NCBI GenBank assembly: GCA_034666445.1
Contig: JAXDLV010000068.1
Coordinates: 1-41,685 of the forward strand
Origin: Chloroflexota bacterium
GTDB taxonomy: Bacteria > Chloroflexota > Dormibacteria > DASZGP01
Reading direction: 5' to 3'
Length of the DNA stretch: 41,685 nucleotides
The notes below the pieces were generated by a model, which saw nothing but the letters and a program-made list of their open reading frames with translations, had not been told where the DNA came from and searched no databases. Shown here one piece after another: positions 15,601-25,105 of this stretch (positions within the stretch are counted from its first letter, which is position 1; each line of letters opens with the position of its first letter). A program made the translations under genes and the position numbers.

Positions 15601-17268
15601 TCAGGTGACTCGAAAGATGGTCACTTTGCCGTTCTCGTAGACGGGCTGGAGATAGCCCTCGGTTCGCGGCTCAAACGCCACGGTCGCGGCCTCCAGCACA
15701 CCGAAATACAGGTAGCTGACGCGGCGCGCGCGCAAATAGCCGTGGCGGTCCATCTCACCCGGGCGGAAGAACTGAGCGGTCGCCCGCTCCTCCGCATCGT
15801 AGTCGGGCGTCATGGACGCGTTGCCAAACGCCACGTGACGGACCCCGTAGGCTGCAATGAAGCGCGCTGTCGGTGGCGTCGCGAGGATCACTGCGTCCGG
15901 CTCGGTGTGTCCGCGGATCCAGGCCATCGCTTCGGCCCCACCCGGCTCGAGATATAGGTCGCGCGCGCCGTTTACGGGGGTGGCGCTGAAGGACACCAGC
16001 GTCACCAGCGTCGTCGGCACCGCGGCCAGGACGACGAGGTTGATGGCAAGCGACCGCAGCCGCCGCCGATCCATGGGCAGGCCCCGCCAGGCCGCGAGCC
16101 GGTTAAACCAGCCGGCACGGCCAAGGCGCGGCACCAGGCCGTGGACCAGCGCGCCCGCGGCGATGCCGGCAAGGGCAAGCTGAACCCCCTCCAGGCGGTG
16201 GTCGACCAGGTCGGTCGGTATGCAGGTCTCGAGCACGCTGGCGACCACGAAGGACCACGCCACCACCTGCCCGGGGGAGGCCCTGCGCAGGCGCGCGCGC
16301 GTCACCGGGGCCGCCCAGAGGGCGAGGAGGCCGGGTAGCCCAAGCCCGAGGAGGTAAAAGAGGGGGTTCGGATTGGGCAAGTGGGATCCTCGGAGCGCCA
16401 GGCCGGCGCTCTCCGGCCGGCCCAGGACCAGGACCAGGAGAACACCCAGCCAGGCCGAGCCGGCAGCCACAACCAACCCCAGCTGGCCGAGCAACGGGAG
16501 CCGGAACGCCTCGCGCGGCGCCAACCAGAGGACGGCCAGAGCGGCGGTGAGGAGGAGGACCGCGACCTTGTCGGGATGCACCATCGCGACGACTGCAGTC
16601 GCCGCTGCCGCGACGCCGGCCGCTCGCCAGTTTCCCTGGGGCCTCGACAGGAGCGACAGAAAAGCCCGCATCGCGAAGATGAACGCCAGCAGTACCAGCC
16701 CGTGGTGAGGGACGCCGATCAGCGCGCCAAAAGTGCTGCTTTCGCCGAAGTACAGGTCCCACAACCCGCGGGGAGCCTCGCGCAGGGCCGGGACGGCCAG
16801 CTCGTAGAGGCCGAAGCCCGATCCGAAAAAGGCGAGCAGGAAACCCACGCGCCGGGCCACCAGGGACGGCGTGACCTCGCGGAGCAGCTTCCACGCCTGC
16901 CACAGGGTGAGGCCGGCAATGACCAGCCGAGCCGCCTGGTAAGCGAACCCGACGGAGGTGGGGCCAAACACGGCGCCCGGCACGAGGTGACCCAGGAGAG
17001 AGTAGAAGGGGAAGAGGGGGACGTTGGGCATGGGCTGCCAGGTCCAGACGTTGACGAATCCCCACTGGCCGCCGCTACCCTGCCCGGCCTGCGCGAGGTA
17101 GATAAAGGAATCGCCCGGGTTGACGTAGATCCAGGTCCAGGTTGCGCCAGGCGGCGTCAGGGCCACCCCCACCACCAGCGGCAGGGCCAGCATGAGCATC
17201 AAGATGCCCGACCACTGGATCGCGAAACGGCGGTCACCCCCTCCGGACGGGGGCCGCTCCGCCGTCAC
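15601..17268 (-). CDS. Polytopic membrane protein, GT-C-like (paralog A of 33407..35101)
   Basis: At least 10 hydrophobic segments and a C-terminal soluble domain of about 130 aa. Collinear similarity to the 33407..35101 product. No family name is recognised and the glycosyltransferase-C call is a topology-based guess. Confidence 0.55.
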   Translation of the reverse strand: MTAERPPSGGGDRRFAIQWSGILMLMLALPLVVGVALTPPGATWTWIYVNPGDSFIYLAQAGQGSGGQWGFVNVWTWQPMPNVPLFPFYSLLGHLVPGAVFGPTSVGFAYQAARLVIAGLTLWQAWKLLREVTPSLVARRVGFLLAFFGSGFGLYELAVPALREAPRGLWDLYFGESSTFGALIGVPHHGLVLLAFIFAMRAFLSLLSRPQGNWRAAGVAAAATAVVAMVHPDKVAVLLLTAALAVLWLAPREAFRLPLLGQLGLVVAAGSAWLGVLLVLVLGRPESAGLALRGSHLPNPNPLFYLLGLGLPGLLALWAAPVTRARLRRASPGQVVAWSFVVASVLETCIPTDLVDHRLEGVQLALAGIAAGALVHGLVPRLGRAGWFNRLAAWRGLPMDRRRLRSLAINLVVLAAVPTTLVTLVSFSATPVNGARDLYLEPGGAEAMAWIRGHTEPDAVILATPPTARFIAAYGVRHVAFGNASMTPDYDAEERATAQFFRPGEMDRHGYLRARRVSYLYFGVLEAATVAFEPRTEGYLQPVYENGKVTIFRVT

Positions 17269-17293
17269 CGCAACGGCCCTGGTCGCTGAGTGT

Positions 17294-17369
17294 TGGTGCC
17301 GAGAGGCGGATTCGAACCGTCGACACCTGGTTCTTCAGACCAGTGCTCTACCAACTGAGCTATCTCGGC
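17294..17369 (-). tRNA. tRNA-Phe (anticodon GAA), CCA encoded
   Basis: Minus-strand cloverleaf: GCCGAGA/TCTCGGC acceptor, GCTC-AGTTGGTA-GAGC, CTGGT-CTGAAGA-ACCAG, T arm GACGG-TTCGAAT-CCGCC (one A-C mispair), then A-CCA. Confidence 0.88.
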
Positions 17370-17387
17370 ACGTCGGGCGATTTTACT

Positions 17388-17461
17388 TGGGCGGAGCAGG
17401 GCTCGAACCTGCGACCTCCTCGGTGTAAGCGAGGCGCTCGTACCAGCTGAGCTATCCGCCC
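17388..17461 (-). tRNA. tRNA-Val (anticodon TAC), no encoded CCA
   Basis: Minus-strand cloverleaf: GGGCGGA/TCCGCCC acceptor, GCTC-AGCTGGTAC-GAGC, CCTCG-CTTACAC-CGAGG, GCAGG-TTCGAGC-CCTGC. It lies 18 nt upstream of tRNA-Phe. Confidence 0.9.
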
Positions 17462-17508
17462 CCGGCGACAGGCACAGTCTATTGGTCGTCGGAGCGACCG
17501 CGACTGGG

Positions 17509-17517
17509 TGTGATACT
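17509..17517 (+). promoter_or_regulatory. Extended -10-like TGtGATACT, 8 nt upstream of ATG 17526
   Basis: TG 17509-17510 + GATACT 17512-17517. It shares the nonamer GATACTTGG with 5256-5264. Confidence 0.25.
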
Positions 17518-17525
17518 TGGCGCCG

Positions 17526-19133
17526 ATGCGCAGTAGCCGCTGGTCCAGGGCGGAGGTGCCTCTCTGGCTGGCGCCTCTTGTGCCATCAGTGGTCGCTGTC
17601 GTACTCGTGGCGTGGTTCGACCGTGCACCCGTGCCGGCCCTGAGCGACGACTGGGTCTACATGTGGGACGTGCGCCACCTTCTCAGCGCGCATCAGCTGG
17701 CCGTGTTCCCGGAGCAGTCGGCGTGGGGCCTCATCCAGGTGCTCTGGAGCGCCGTGGTAACCCTGGGCCACCCGGAGCCGGCCCTTCTGCGCTTGAGCCT
17801 GCTGCCATTCCTCATCGCGCTTGGCCCCTGCTCCTGGCTGCTGGGCCTCGAGGCGGGAGCCTCCCGCTTCTGGGCGCTGGTGGTCACGGGGTCGGTGCTC
17901 TGCGGCCCGGTCCTCCTGTCGATGTCGGTAGGGTACAACACCGATATCGCCTACCTCGCGCTGGTTCTCGGCGCCGCCCTCTTCGGCGCGCGGTGGGTTG
18001 GCGGGCGCGGCGGCATGTCTGCCTGCATCATCCTGTGCGTGCTCGCGACGCTGCAGCGAAATGTCGGCGCCGGTGCCGCCGTGGCCATCGCCGCCACCCT
18101 CGCTTTCTCCTGGCGAAGGACCCCGCGCAGCCGCGCCGACGCCATCGGCGTCGTCGTGCTGGCCGGCCTGGTTGCTGCGGCAGTCGCCGCGCCATACCTG
18201 ACACAGCAGGCCAGCCCGTTCATGCGCGGAGCGATCCTGTCCCGGGCCTTCTCCCTGCGGCCTGCCATCCAGACCGGCCTGCGATTCGGTGCGACGATCG
18301 GGCTTCTCACGGTGCCGTTTGGGCTGGCTGCGCTCACCGCGTCGAGAGACCGCCGCGATCGATCCCTGCTCGCCATCGCCGTCGGGATCCTCGGCCTGGT
18401 CGGGGTATCGGCCGCGCTGACGGGCGGCGTCAACATCTTCGAAGGCGAGATCCTGTCGTCCGCGGGCCTCGGCGCAGACCCGCTGCTGGGACCCAAGCCG
18501 ATGCTCTATGGCGCCTGGTTCGTGGTGATCGAGCTGCTGGCGGCCTCCGTGATGCTGGTGATACTGGTGTTCCGGAGCGGCCTGTGGCGCCGGCTACATC
18601 GCCCGGTGCACCTGCTGCTGGTGCTCACGGCTCTTTCCCAGCTGGCCCTGCCGGCGGCGCGTGCCCCGCTGGACCGATACATGGTGGTCGCCGTGGTACC
18701 CCTGCTGCCGCTGGTTGGGGCGCTTGTCTCCCGGCACCTGCGTTGGCAGGTCGCGGCACGGGGCTGGGCCGTCGCGGCGCTGTTCGCCGGGGTTGCGGTG
18801 TTTGCGATTGGCGAACAGGACCTGCTCGCGTGGGAGGCCGCCAGGTACGAAGCCGCCAGGCTGGCCTTGGAGAGGAGTCCGGGCCTGGAGGTCCAGCTCG
18901 GGTACACGGCCAATGCACTGCTGGTGGAGATCCCCTACTTCGACTCCACCGGCCGCCTGCCCCCGGATACGCTGCCTGACAACCCGTGGGCCCTGCGGGG
19001 ACCGCTGAGCCCCACCACGAGGCTCTGCTTCGCCACGCTCGACGATCCGCGGCCCGGCGCCACGTACTCGTCGCTCGCGCCTGGCCGCGTCGTGGTCGAC
19101 TCGGTGGCCTCGCCGCTGCCGTGCGGGGTCTGA
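17526..19133 (+). CDS. Polytopic membrane protein, GT-C-like (ArnT/PMT-style topology)
   Basis: About 12 hydrophobic segments, an acidic DDWVY motif after TM1 (position typical of GT-C catalytic Asp) and a C-terminal soluble domain. Start set at ATG 17526, because TTG 17517 overlaps the -10-like element. Confidence 0.5.
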   Translation: MRSSRWSRAEVPLWLAPLVPSVVAVVLVAWFDRAPVPALSDDWVYMWDVRHLLSAHQLAVFPEQSAWGLIQVLWSAVVTLGHPEPALLRLSLLPFLIALGPCSWLLGLEAGASRFWALVVTGSVLCGPVLLSMSVGYNTDIAYLALVLGAALFGARWVGGRGGMSACIILCVLATLQRNVGAGAAVAIAATLAFSWRRTPRSRADAIGVVVLAGLVAAAVAAPYLTQQASPFMRGAILSRAFSLRPAIQTGLRFGATIGLLTVPFGLAALTASRDRRDRSLLAIAVGILGLVGVSAALTGGVNIFEGEILSSAGLGADPLLGPKPMLYGAWFVVIELLAASVMLVILVFRSGLWRRLHRPVHLLLVLTALSQLALPAARAPLDRYMVVAVVPLLPLVGALVSRHLRWQVAARGWAVAALFAGVAVFAIGEQDLLAWEAARYEAARLALERSPGLEVQLGYTANALLVEIPYFDSTGRLPPDTLPDNPWALRGPLSPTTRLCFATLDDPRPGATYSSLAPGRVVVDSVASPLPCGV

Positions 19134-19174
19134 CAGGTCGATCTCGCCAGGGTCATCAACCCGGTCGGCGCGGG

Positions 19175-20104
19175 TCAGGCGGAGCGGAGTCTCCCTATGA
19201 GGCGGTCGCGGTCGACCTGGCGCTCGGCGTGGTAGGAGCTGCGCACCAGCGGGCCTGACTCCACCCAGCGGAAGCCGAGGTCGAGCGCCTCGACCTTCAG
19301 CGCGTCGAACTCGTCGGGGTGGTAGTAGCGCACCAGCTCGTGGTGCTTGACGCTGGGGCGCAGGTACTGGCCGATGGTCAGGATCTCGACGCCGGCGGCG
19401 CGGATCTCGCCCATCAGCTCCGACAGCTCGTCGCGGGTCTCCCCCAGGCCGACCATGAAGCCGGTCTTCGACTGGGTGCCGGGATCGAGCTCGCGGGCCC
19501 GCCTGAGCAACTCGAGGGACTGATCGAGGTCGGCCTTGGGGCGGACGCGGCGGTAGAGGCGGCGGACGGTCTCGACGTTGTGGTTCAGGATCTCCGGCTG
19601 CGCCTCCATCACCGTCGCCAGCGCATCCCAGTTGCCCTGGAAGTCGGGCGTAAGCACCTCGATCGAGGTGGTCGGGCAGAGCTTCCGCGTCTGGCGGATC
19701 GTCTCCGCGAAGAAACGCGCCCCGCCGTCGGGCAGGTCGTCGCGGTCCACCGACGTGATCACGGCGTGGACCAGGTTGAGCTTGGCGATCGACTCCGCGA
19801 CGCGCCGCGGCTCGTCCTCGTCCAGCCACGTCGGCCGGCCGGTCTTCACCGCGCAGAAGGCGCAGGCGCGCGTGCAGGTGTCGCCCAGGATCATGAACGT
19901 CGCCGTGCCGGCGGTCCAGCACTCGCCGATGTTGGGGCAGTGGGCCTCCTCGCATACGGTGTGGAGGCGCTCCTCGCGCATCAGCTCCTTCAGCCGTGAG
20001 TAGGTCGGTCCCGCAGGAAGGCGCACCTTAAGCCAGTCGGGGCGGCGGCCACCGAACGCTTCGGGGCTGCCGCCAACGCCCGCCAGGACCGGGAGCTCCT
20101 CCAT
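19175..20104 (-). CDS. lipA: Lipoyl synthase
   Basis: [13 protein letters not shown] plus the radical-SAM motif [10 protein letters not shown], and [10 protein letters not shown]-like [11 protein letters not shown]. Start at ATG 20104, 2 nt after the E2 stop. The track ORF to 20563 is a spurious extension through E2. Confidence 0.92.
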   Translation of the reverse strand: MEELPVLAGVGGSPEAFGGRRPDWLKVRLPAGPTYSRLKELMREERLHTVCEEAHCPNIGECWTAGTATFMILGDTCTRACAFCAVKTGRPTWLDEDEPRRVAESIAKLNLVHAVITSVDRDDLPDGGARFFAETIRQTRKLCPTTSIEVLTPDFQGNWDALATVMEAQPEILNHNVETVRRLYRRVRPKADLDQSLELLRRARELDPGTQSKTGFMVGLGETRDELSELMGEIRAAGVEILTIGQYLRPSVKHHELVRYYHPDEFDALKVEALDLGFRWVESGPLVRSSYHAERQVDRDRLIGRLRSA

Positions 20105-20106
20105 CG

Positions 20107-21489
20107 TCAGTAGACCGGGGTCCCGGGGCCCATCGCCTCGAGCGCTTTCTTGACACCCTGGATGAAGCCCGCGGCCTGCATGCCGTCCATCACCCGGTGG
20201 TCGAAGGAGAGACCCAGGAACATCATCGATCGGATCCCGATGAGGTCGCCCGGCAGGACGACGGGGCGCTTGACGATCGACTCCATCGTCATGATCCCGG
20301 CCTGGGGCTGGTTGATGATCGGCGCCGAAAGCACCGTCCCGTAGGTGCCGGGGTTGTTCACGCAGAAGGTGCCCTTCTCGACGTCCGGGAGCATCAGCTT
20401 GCCGGCGCGGGCGCGCGCGGCGACGTCGGCGAGCTTGTGCGCCAGCCCCGAGATGCTGAGCTTGTCCGCGTCGTGGATCACCGGCAGGATCAGGCCGTCC
20501 TCCAGCCCGACGGCGACGCTGATGTTGATCGCCTTGCGGCGCAGCACGCCGTCGGCAGTCCACGTGGCGTTGACCTCCGGGTGCTCCTTCAGCGACTCAC
20601 ACGTGGCCTTGATGACAAACGGCACGTAGGTGAGGTCCACGCCCTCGCGGTCGCGGAACTTCGCGCGCTCGGCGGCGCGCAGGGCGACGACGTTGGTCAT
20701 GTCGACCTCGGTGGCGCACCACGCGTGGGGCGAGGTCTGGCGGCTGCGCACCATGTGCTCCGCGATCGCCTTGCGCATCGGGCTGAGGGGCACCAGGGTG
20801 TCGCCCTCGGCAGTGGTCACCGAGCCGGCCGGCGGCGCCACCGGCGCGGACGGGGCGGCTGACGGCGCGGCGGCGGTCGCGGCCGCCGGCGCAGACTTCG
20901 CGCCGCCCGAGGCGATGAAGTCCTCGACGTCCTTCTTGCTCACCCGGCCGCCCATGCCGGTGCCGCGAACGAGCGAAAGGTCGAGGCCATGCTCGTCGGC
21001 CAGCCGCCGGACTGCCGGGCTGGCGCGCCCGGCCCTGTCGGCGCCGGTCGCCGCCCTGCCGTTGCCGCCCGCCGCGGGAGCCGCGGCAGCCGCGGGAGCC
21101 GCTGCCGCCGGTGCCTCGGGTGCCGCGACCTCCGGGGTACCACCACCTGCCGGCTCGCCCGCGGCCTCAGCGATTCCCGCCGCGGCCCCGCCCGACGACG
21201 CGTCGATGGCAGCGTTGGCCTCGGCCGACCCGGCCTCGGCGCTGGTCATGCTGCAGATCAGCGTGCCCACCTCGACGGTCTCCCCCTCCTGCACGTTGAT
21301 CTCGACCAGCGTGCCCGAGATCGGCGACGGCACCTCGGCGTTGACCTTGTCGGTGATCACCTCGACCAGCGCCTCGTACTTGGCGACGGTGTCGCCGGGC
21401 TGCTTCAGCCAGCGGCTGATCTGGCCCTCGGTGACGCTCTCACCGAGCTGGGGCATGGTGACTCTGGTGAGCTTCTCGGTCTCCGCCAT
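20107..21489 (-). CDS. Dihydrolipoamide acyltransferase, E2 component of a 2-oxoacid dehydrogenase complex
   Basis: One lipoyl domain ([11 protein letters not shown]), an Ala/Pro linker, a peripheral subunit-binding domain ([22 protein letters not shown]) and a catalytic domain with SFDHRVMDG. Confidence 0.9.
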   Translation of the reverse strand: MAETEKLTRVTMPQLGESVTEGQISRWLKQPGDTVAKYEALVEVITDKVNAEVPSPISGTLVEINVQEGETVEVGTLICSMTSAEAGSAEANAAIDASSGGAAAGIAEAAGEPAGGGTPEVAAPEAPAAAAPAAAAAPAAGGNGRAATGADRAGRASPAVRRLADEHGLDLSLVRGTGMGGRVSKKDVEDFIASGGAKSAPAAATAAAPSAAPSAPVAPPAGSVTTAEGDTLVPLSPMRKAIAEHMVRSRQTSPHAWCATEVDMTNVVALRAAERAKFRDREGVDLTYVPFVIKATCESLKEHPEVNATWTADGVLRRKAINISVAVGLEDGLILPVIHDADKLSISGLAHKLADVAARARAGKLMLPDVEKGTFCVNNPGTYGTVLSAPIINQPQAGIMTMESIVKRPVVLPGDLIGIRSMMFLGLSFDHRVMDGMQAAGFIQGVKKALEAMGPGTPVY

Positions 21490-22517
21490 CAGTACGCCGC
21501 CAGGCGGCGCATGGCCGAGAGGATCCGCTTGGTGTCGGGCAGGAAGAACTCCTCCATCGGGGGGCTGAACGGCATCGCCGGGACGTCCGGCCCCGCCAGC
21601 CGGACCACCGGCCCGTCGAGGTACTCAAAGCACTCCTCGGCGATGATCGCGGCCACCTCGGCGCCGACACCGAGGGTGCGGTTGGCCTCGTACACCACGA
21701 GCGACTTGCCGGTCTTGCGCGCCGACTCCAGGATCGCCGGGCGGTCCAGCGGCTTGACCGTGCGGAGGTCGATGACCTCCACTGAGTAGCCGTCCTCCGC
21801 CGCCATCTGCTCGGCCGCGGCGACGCAGTAATGAACCATCAGCCCGTAGGCGAACACCGACATGTCCTTGCCCTGCCGCGCCACCCGGGCGCGTCCGATG
21901 GGGACCGAGTAGTTCTCGCCCTCGGGGACCTCGCCCTTGACCAGGCGGTACGCCTTCTTGTGCTCGAAGAAGAGCACCGGGTCGGGGTCGCGGATCGCCG
22001 ATATCAGCAGGCCCTTGGCGTCATACGGCGTGGAGGGGATGACCACCTTGAGGCCGGGGACGTGGGCGAAGAACGCCTCCACCGACTGCGAGTGGTAGAG
22101 CGCGCCGTGGACGCCGCCGCCGAAAGGCGCGCGAATGACCATCGGGACACTCCAGTCGCCGTTGGTGCGGTAGCGCATCTTGGCCGCCTCGCTGACGATC
22201 TGGTTGAAGGCGGGGTGGATGAAGTCCGCGAACTGGATCTCGGCGATCGGCCGCATGCCGTTGAGCGCGGCCCCGATGGCGACGCCGACGATCGCCGACT
22301 CCGCCAGCGGGGTGTCGATCACCCGGGTGTCGCCGTACAGCACCTGGAGGCCCTCGGTGGCCTTGAACACGCCGCCCTTGGCGCCGACGTCCTCGCCCAT
22401 CAGGATCACCGACTCGTCGCGCTCCATCTCGTCGCGCATGGCCGACTGGATCGCCTGGATGTAGGTCATCTGCCCGGCCGACGTCTCGACCGTCTTGTGG
22501 GTGCCGAGGCCGGCCAT
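21489..22517 (-). CDS. 2-oxoacid dehydrogenase E1 component, beta subunit
   Basis: MTYIQAIQSAMRDEM, GEDVGAKGGVFKATEGL and IDTPLAESAIVGVAIGAA. ATG 22517 overlaps the E1-alpha stop (ATGA), and its own stop overlaps the E2 ATG (ATGA at 21489). Confidence 0.9.
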   Translation of the reverse strand: MAGLGTHKTVETSAGQMTYIQAIQSAMRDEMERDESVILMGEDVGAKGGVFKATEGLQVLYGDTRVIDTPLAESAIVGVAIGAALNGMRPIAEIQFADFIHPAFNQIVSEAAKMRYRTNGDWSVPMVIRAPFGGGVHGALYHSQSVEAFFAHVPGLKVVIPSTPYDAKGLLISAIRDPDPVLFFEHKKAYRLVKGEVPEGENYSVPIGRARVARQGKDMSVFAYGLMVHYCVAAAEQMAAEDGYSVEVIDLRTVKPLDRPAILESARKTGKSLVVYEANRTLGVGAEVAAIIAEECFEYLDGPVVRLAGPDVPAMPFSPPMEEFFLPDTKRILSAMRRLAAY

Positions 22518-23635
22518 CAGGCCTCCCCTCCGAGGTCGGCGCGGGGGTCGCCACGCAGCTCGTCGGGCTCGGGGCCGCCCTCGCCGTACACGTGGAGGAG
22601 GGTTTCCTCGGGCGCGGGGTAGGGCGCGTTCTCGGCCGCCTCGGTGGCGGCGTCGATCTCGGCGAGCAGCTCGGCGCGGAGCGCCTTGTCGTCCTCCTCG
22701 GTGATCACCCCGGCCTTCAGCAGCTGGTTGCGGAAGCGCGGGACGGCGTCCTCGGACGCCTCCTGCTTGATCTCCTCGGCGGGACGGTAGACCCGCTGGT
22801 CGTCGTCGGAGGAGTGTGAAGTCAGGCGGTGGGTCTTGGCCTCGATCAGCGTCGGGCCCTCGCCGGCGCGGGCACGGGCGGCGGCATCGGACGTCAGCCG
22901 GTGGACCTCGAACACGTCCTGGCCGTCGACCACGAAGCCCGGGATGCCGTAGCCCGCCGCGCGGATGGCGACGTCCTGCACCGCCATCTGCAGGTCCTGC
23001 GGCACCGAGATCGCGTACTGGTTGTTCTCCACGAACATGATCACCGGCAGGCGGTGGACGGAGGCGAAGTTGAGCGCCTCGTGGAAGTCGCCCTGGCTGG
23101 TGCCGCCCTCGCCCACGTAGCAGATCGACACCGCCTTCTCGCCGCGGATCTTGCTCGCCAGCGCGGTGCCCACCGCGTGCAGGCACTGGGTCGCCACGGA
23201 GCTGCCCTGGGAGACGATCCGCAGCTTGCGCGAGCCGAAGTGACTGGGCATCTGACGGGCGCCGGAGTTGGGCTCGCCGGCGCGGCCCATCACGGACTTG
23301 AAGATGTCCTCCGGGGTCATTCCCAGCGCCATCACCACCGCGAGGTCGCGGTAGTACGGCACGAACCAGTCCTGCTCCCGGTCCAGCGCGAAGACGCTGC
23401 CCACCTGCGCCCCCTCCTGCCCCTGGCAGCTGATGACGAACGGCGCCTTGCCGCCGCGGTTGAGGAGCCAGCAGCGCTCGTCGGTCATGCGCGCCATCAG
23501 CATCGCGCGGTACATCGCCCGCTGCGTCGCCTCGTCCACCCCGCCCGCGGCGGCCGCGCGCCGGCGCGCCCCGTCGAGTGCCTTCGACGTCACCGCCGGC
23601 TCGGCCTCGCGGACCCTGGTCTTAGCCTCTGCCAT
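22517..23635 (-). CDS. 2-oxoacid dehydrogenase E1 component, alpha subunit (TPP-dependent)
   Basis: YVGEGGTSQGDFHEALNFASVHRLPVIMFVENNQYAIS (TPP-binding motif) and RLTSHSSDDD. Confidence 0.9.
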   Translation of the reverse strand: MAEAKTRVREAEPAVTSKALDGARRRAAAAGGVDEATQRAMYRAMLMARMTDERCWLLNRGGKAPFVISCQGQEGAQVGSVFALDREQDWFVPYYRDLAVVMALGMTPEDIFKSVMGRAGEPNSGARQMPSHFGSRKLRIVSQGSSVATQCLHAVGTALASKIRGEKAVSICYVGEGGTSQGDFHEALNFASVHRLPVIMFVENNQYAISVPQDLQMAVQDVAIRAAGYGIPGFVVDGQDVFEVHRLTSDAAARARAGEGPTLIEAKTHRLTSHSSDDDQRVYRPAEEIKQEASEDAVPRFRNQLLKAGVITEEDDKALRAELLAEIDAATEAAENAPYPAPEETLLHVYGEGGPEPDELRGDPRADLGGEA

Positions 23636-23694
23636 CTCTATCCGTACTCCGCATTGTTTCTCTTCTTATCCCAACGGCCCACGGGCCGGTTGCT

Positions 23695-25095
23695 TCAGAT
23701 GTGGATTGCCCGCCCGTCGACGGCCAGCGCCGCCTCTCCGATCGCCTCCGACAGTGTCGGGTGAGCGTGGACCGCGATGCCAACCTCCCAGGCGGTGCCC
23801 TCGAGCAGCTGGGCGAGGACGGGCTCGGCGACCAGGTCTGTCACGTTGTGGCCCACCAGGTGGGCGCCCAGCATCTCCCCCGTCGAGGCGTCGGCCACGA
23901 TCTTCACGAAGCCCTCGGTGTCGTCGTTGATCATCGCGCGGCCCAGCGCCGAGAAGGGGAACTTGCCCACCTTCACCTCTACCCCGGCGGCGGCCGCCTG
24001 CTCCTCGGTCAGGCCGACGCTGGCGACCTGGGGCCGGGAGTAGGTGCAGCGCGGCATCTTGTTGTAGTCGAGCGGCCCGGGCTTCTCCCCCGCGATGACC
24101 TCTACCGCGTGGATGCCCTCGTGGCCGGCGACGTGGGCCAGCTGGTAGCCGCCGACGACGTCGCCGATGGCGAAGATGTTGGGCTCCGCCGTGCGGAGGT
24201 CGTCGTCAACGCTGATGAAGCCGCCCTCGACCTTGACCGCGGTCTTCTCCAGCCCCAGGCCGTCGACCACGGCGCCCCGCCCCACGGCCATCAGCATCAC
24301 GTCGGCGCTCAGCTCCAGCGGCCCGCCCTCGGCATCGGCCTTCATCCGCACGCCGTCGCCCGACGCCTTGACCGACTTGAGGTCGAGCTTGGCGCCCGCG
24401 TGCACCTCGATGCCGCGCTTCTTGAACGCCCGTGTCATCACCTGCGACACCTCGGGGTCCTCGGCCGGGACGATGCGCGGCAGGGCCTCCACGACGGTGA
24501 CCTGGGAGCCGAGGTCGGCCCACATCGACGCGAACTCGACCCCCACGGCGCCGGCGCCCACCACGATCGCGGAGGCGGGGACGGCGTCCATCGCCAGGGC
24601 GTGGTCACTGCTGATCACGCGCTTGCCGTCGATCTCCACTCCGGGCAGGCTCTTGGCGTATGAACCGCTGGCGATGACGAAGCTGGTGGCCTCGATCTGC
24701 CGCACGCCGGCGCCACCCGACACCGATACGCGCTGGGGCGAGTCGAACGCGGCGGTGCCCTCGACCACCTCGATCTTGTTCTTCTTCATCAGGAACTGGA
24801 GGCCCTTGTGGAGCTGGTCGACGATCTTCTGCTTGCGGGCGTTGGCCGCCGGCCAGTCGACCTCCAGCCCACTCACCACCACGCCCAGGGCAGCCCCGGT
24901 CTTGGCCTCCTGGTAGACGTCGGCCGTGTGCAGCAGCGCCTTGGTGGGGATGCAGCCCTGGTGCAAACAGGTCCCGCCCAGCTTGGCGCGCTCCACCAGC
25001 GCGACCTTCTGCCCCAGCTGCGAGGCGCGGATGGCGGCCATGTACCCCCCGGTGCCGCCCCCTATGACGACGAGGTCGAAGCGGTCAGCCATCAC
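23695..25095 (-). CDS. lpdA: Dihydrolipoyl dehydrogenase (E3)
   Basis: VVIGGGTGGYMAAIRA (FAD), GGTCLHQGCIPTKAL (redox-active CxxxxC), VVGAGAVGVEFA (NAD) and HAHPTLSEA. Confidence 0.92.
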   Translation of the reverse strand: MMADRFDLVVIGGGTGGYMAAIRASQLGQKVALVERAKLGGTCLHQGCIPTKALLHTADVYQEAKTGAALGVVVSGLEVDWPAANARKQKIVDQLHKGLQFLMKKNKIEVVEGTAAFDSPQRVSVSGGAGVRQIEATSFVIASGSYAKSLPGVEIDGKRVISSDHALAMDAVPASAIVVGAGAVGVEFASMWADLGSQVTVVEALPRIVPAEDPEVSQVMTRAFKKRGIEVHAGAKLDLKSVKASGDGVRMKADAEGGPLELSADVMLMAVGRGAVVDGLGLEKTAVKVEGGFISVDDDLRTAEPNIFAIGDVVGGYQLAHVAGHEGIHAVEVIAGEKPGPLDYNKMPRCTYSRPQVASVGLTEEQAAAAGVEVKVGKFPFSALGRAMINDDTEGFVKIVADASTGEMLGAHLVGHNVTDLVAEPVLAQLLEGTAWEVGIAVHAHPTLSEAIGEAALAVDGRAIHI

Positions 25096-25105
25096 TCGTC
25101 AGGAC

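Noticed and set aside
19134-19174. Looked for a bidirectional terminator between the convergent membrane-protein gene and lipA.
   Set aside because: Only a weak 4-bp CCCG/CGGG stem is present, with no T-run. That is not enough to call a feature.
20940-21260. GC-rich short tandem-looking repeats (GCCGCGGCAGCCGCGGGAGCCGC...).
   Set aside because: They encode the Ala/Pro-rich flexible linkers of the E2 acyltransferase between the lipoyl, PSBD and catalytic domains. This is ordinary low-complexity coding sequence.
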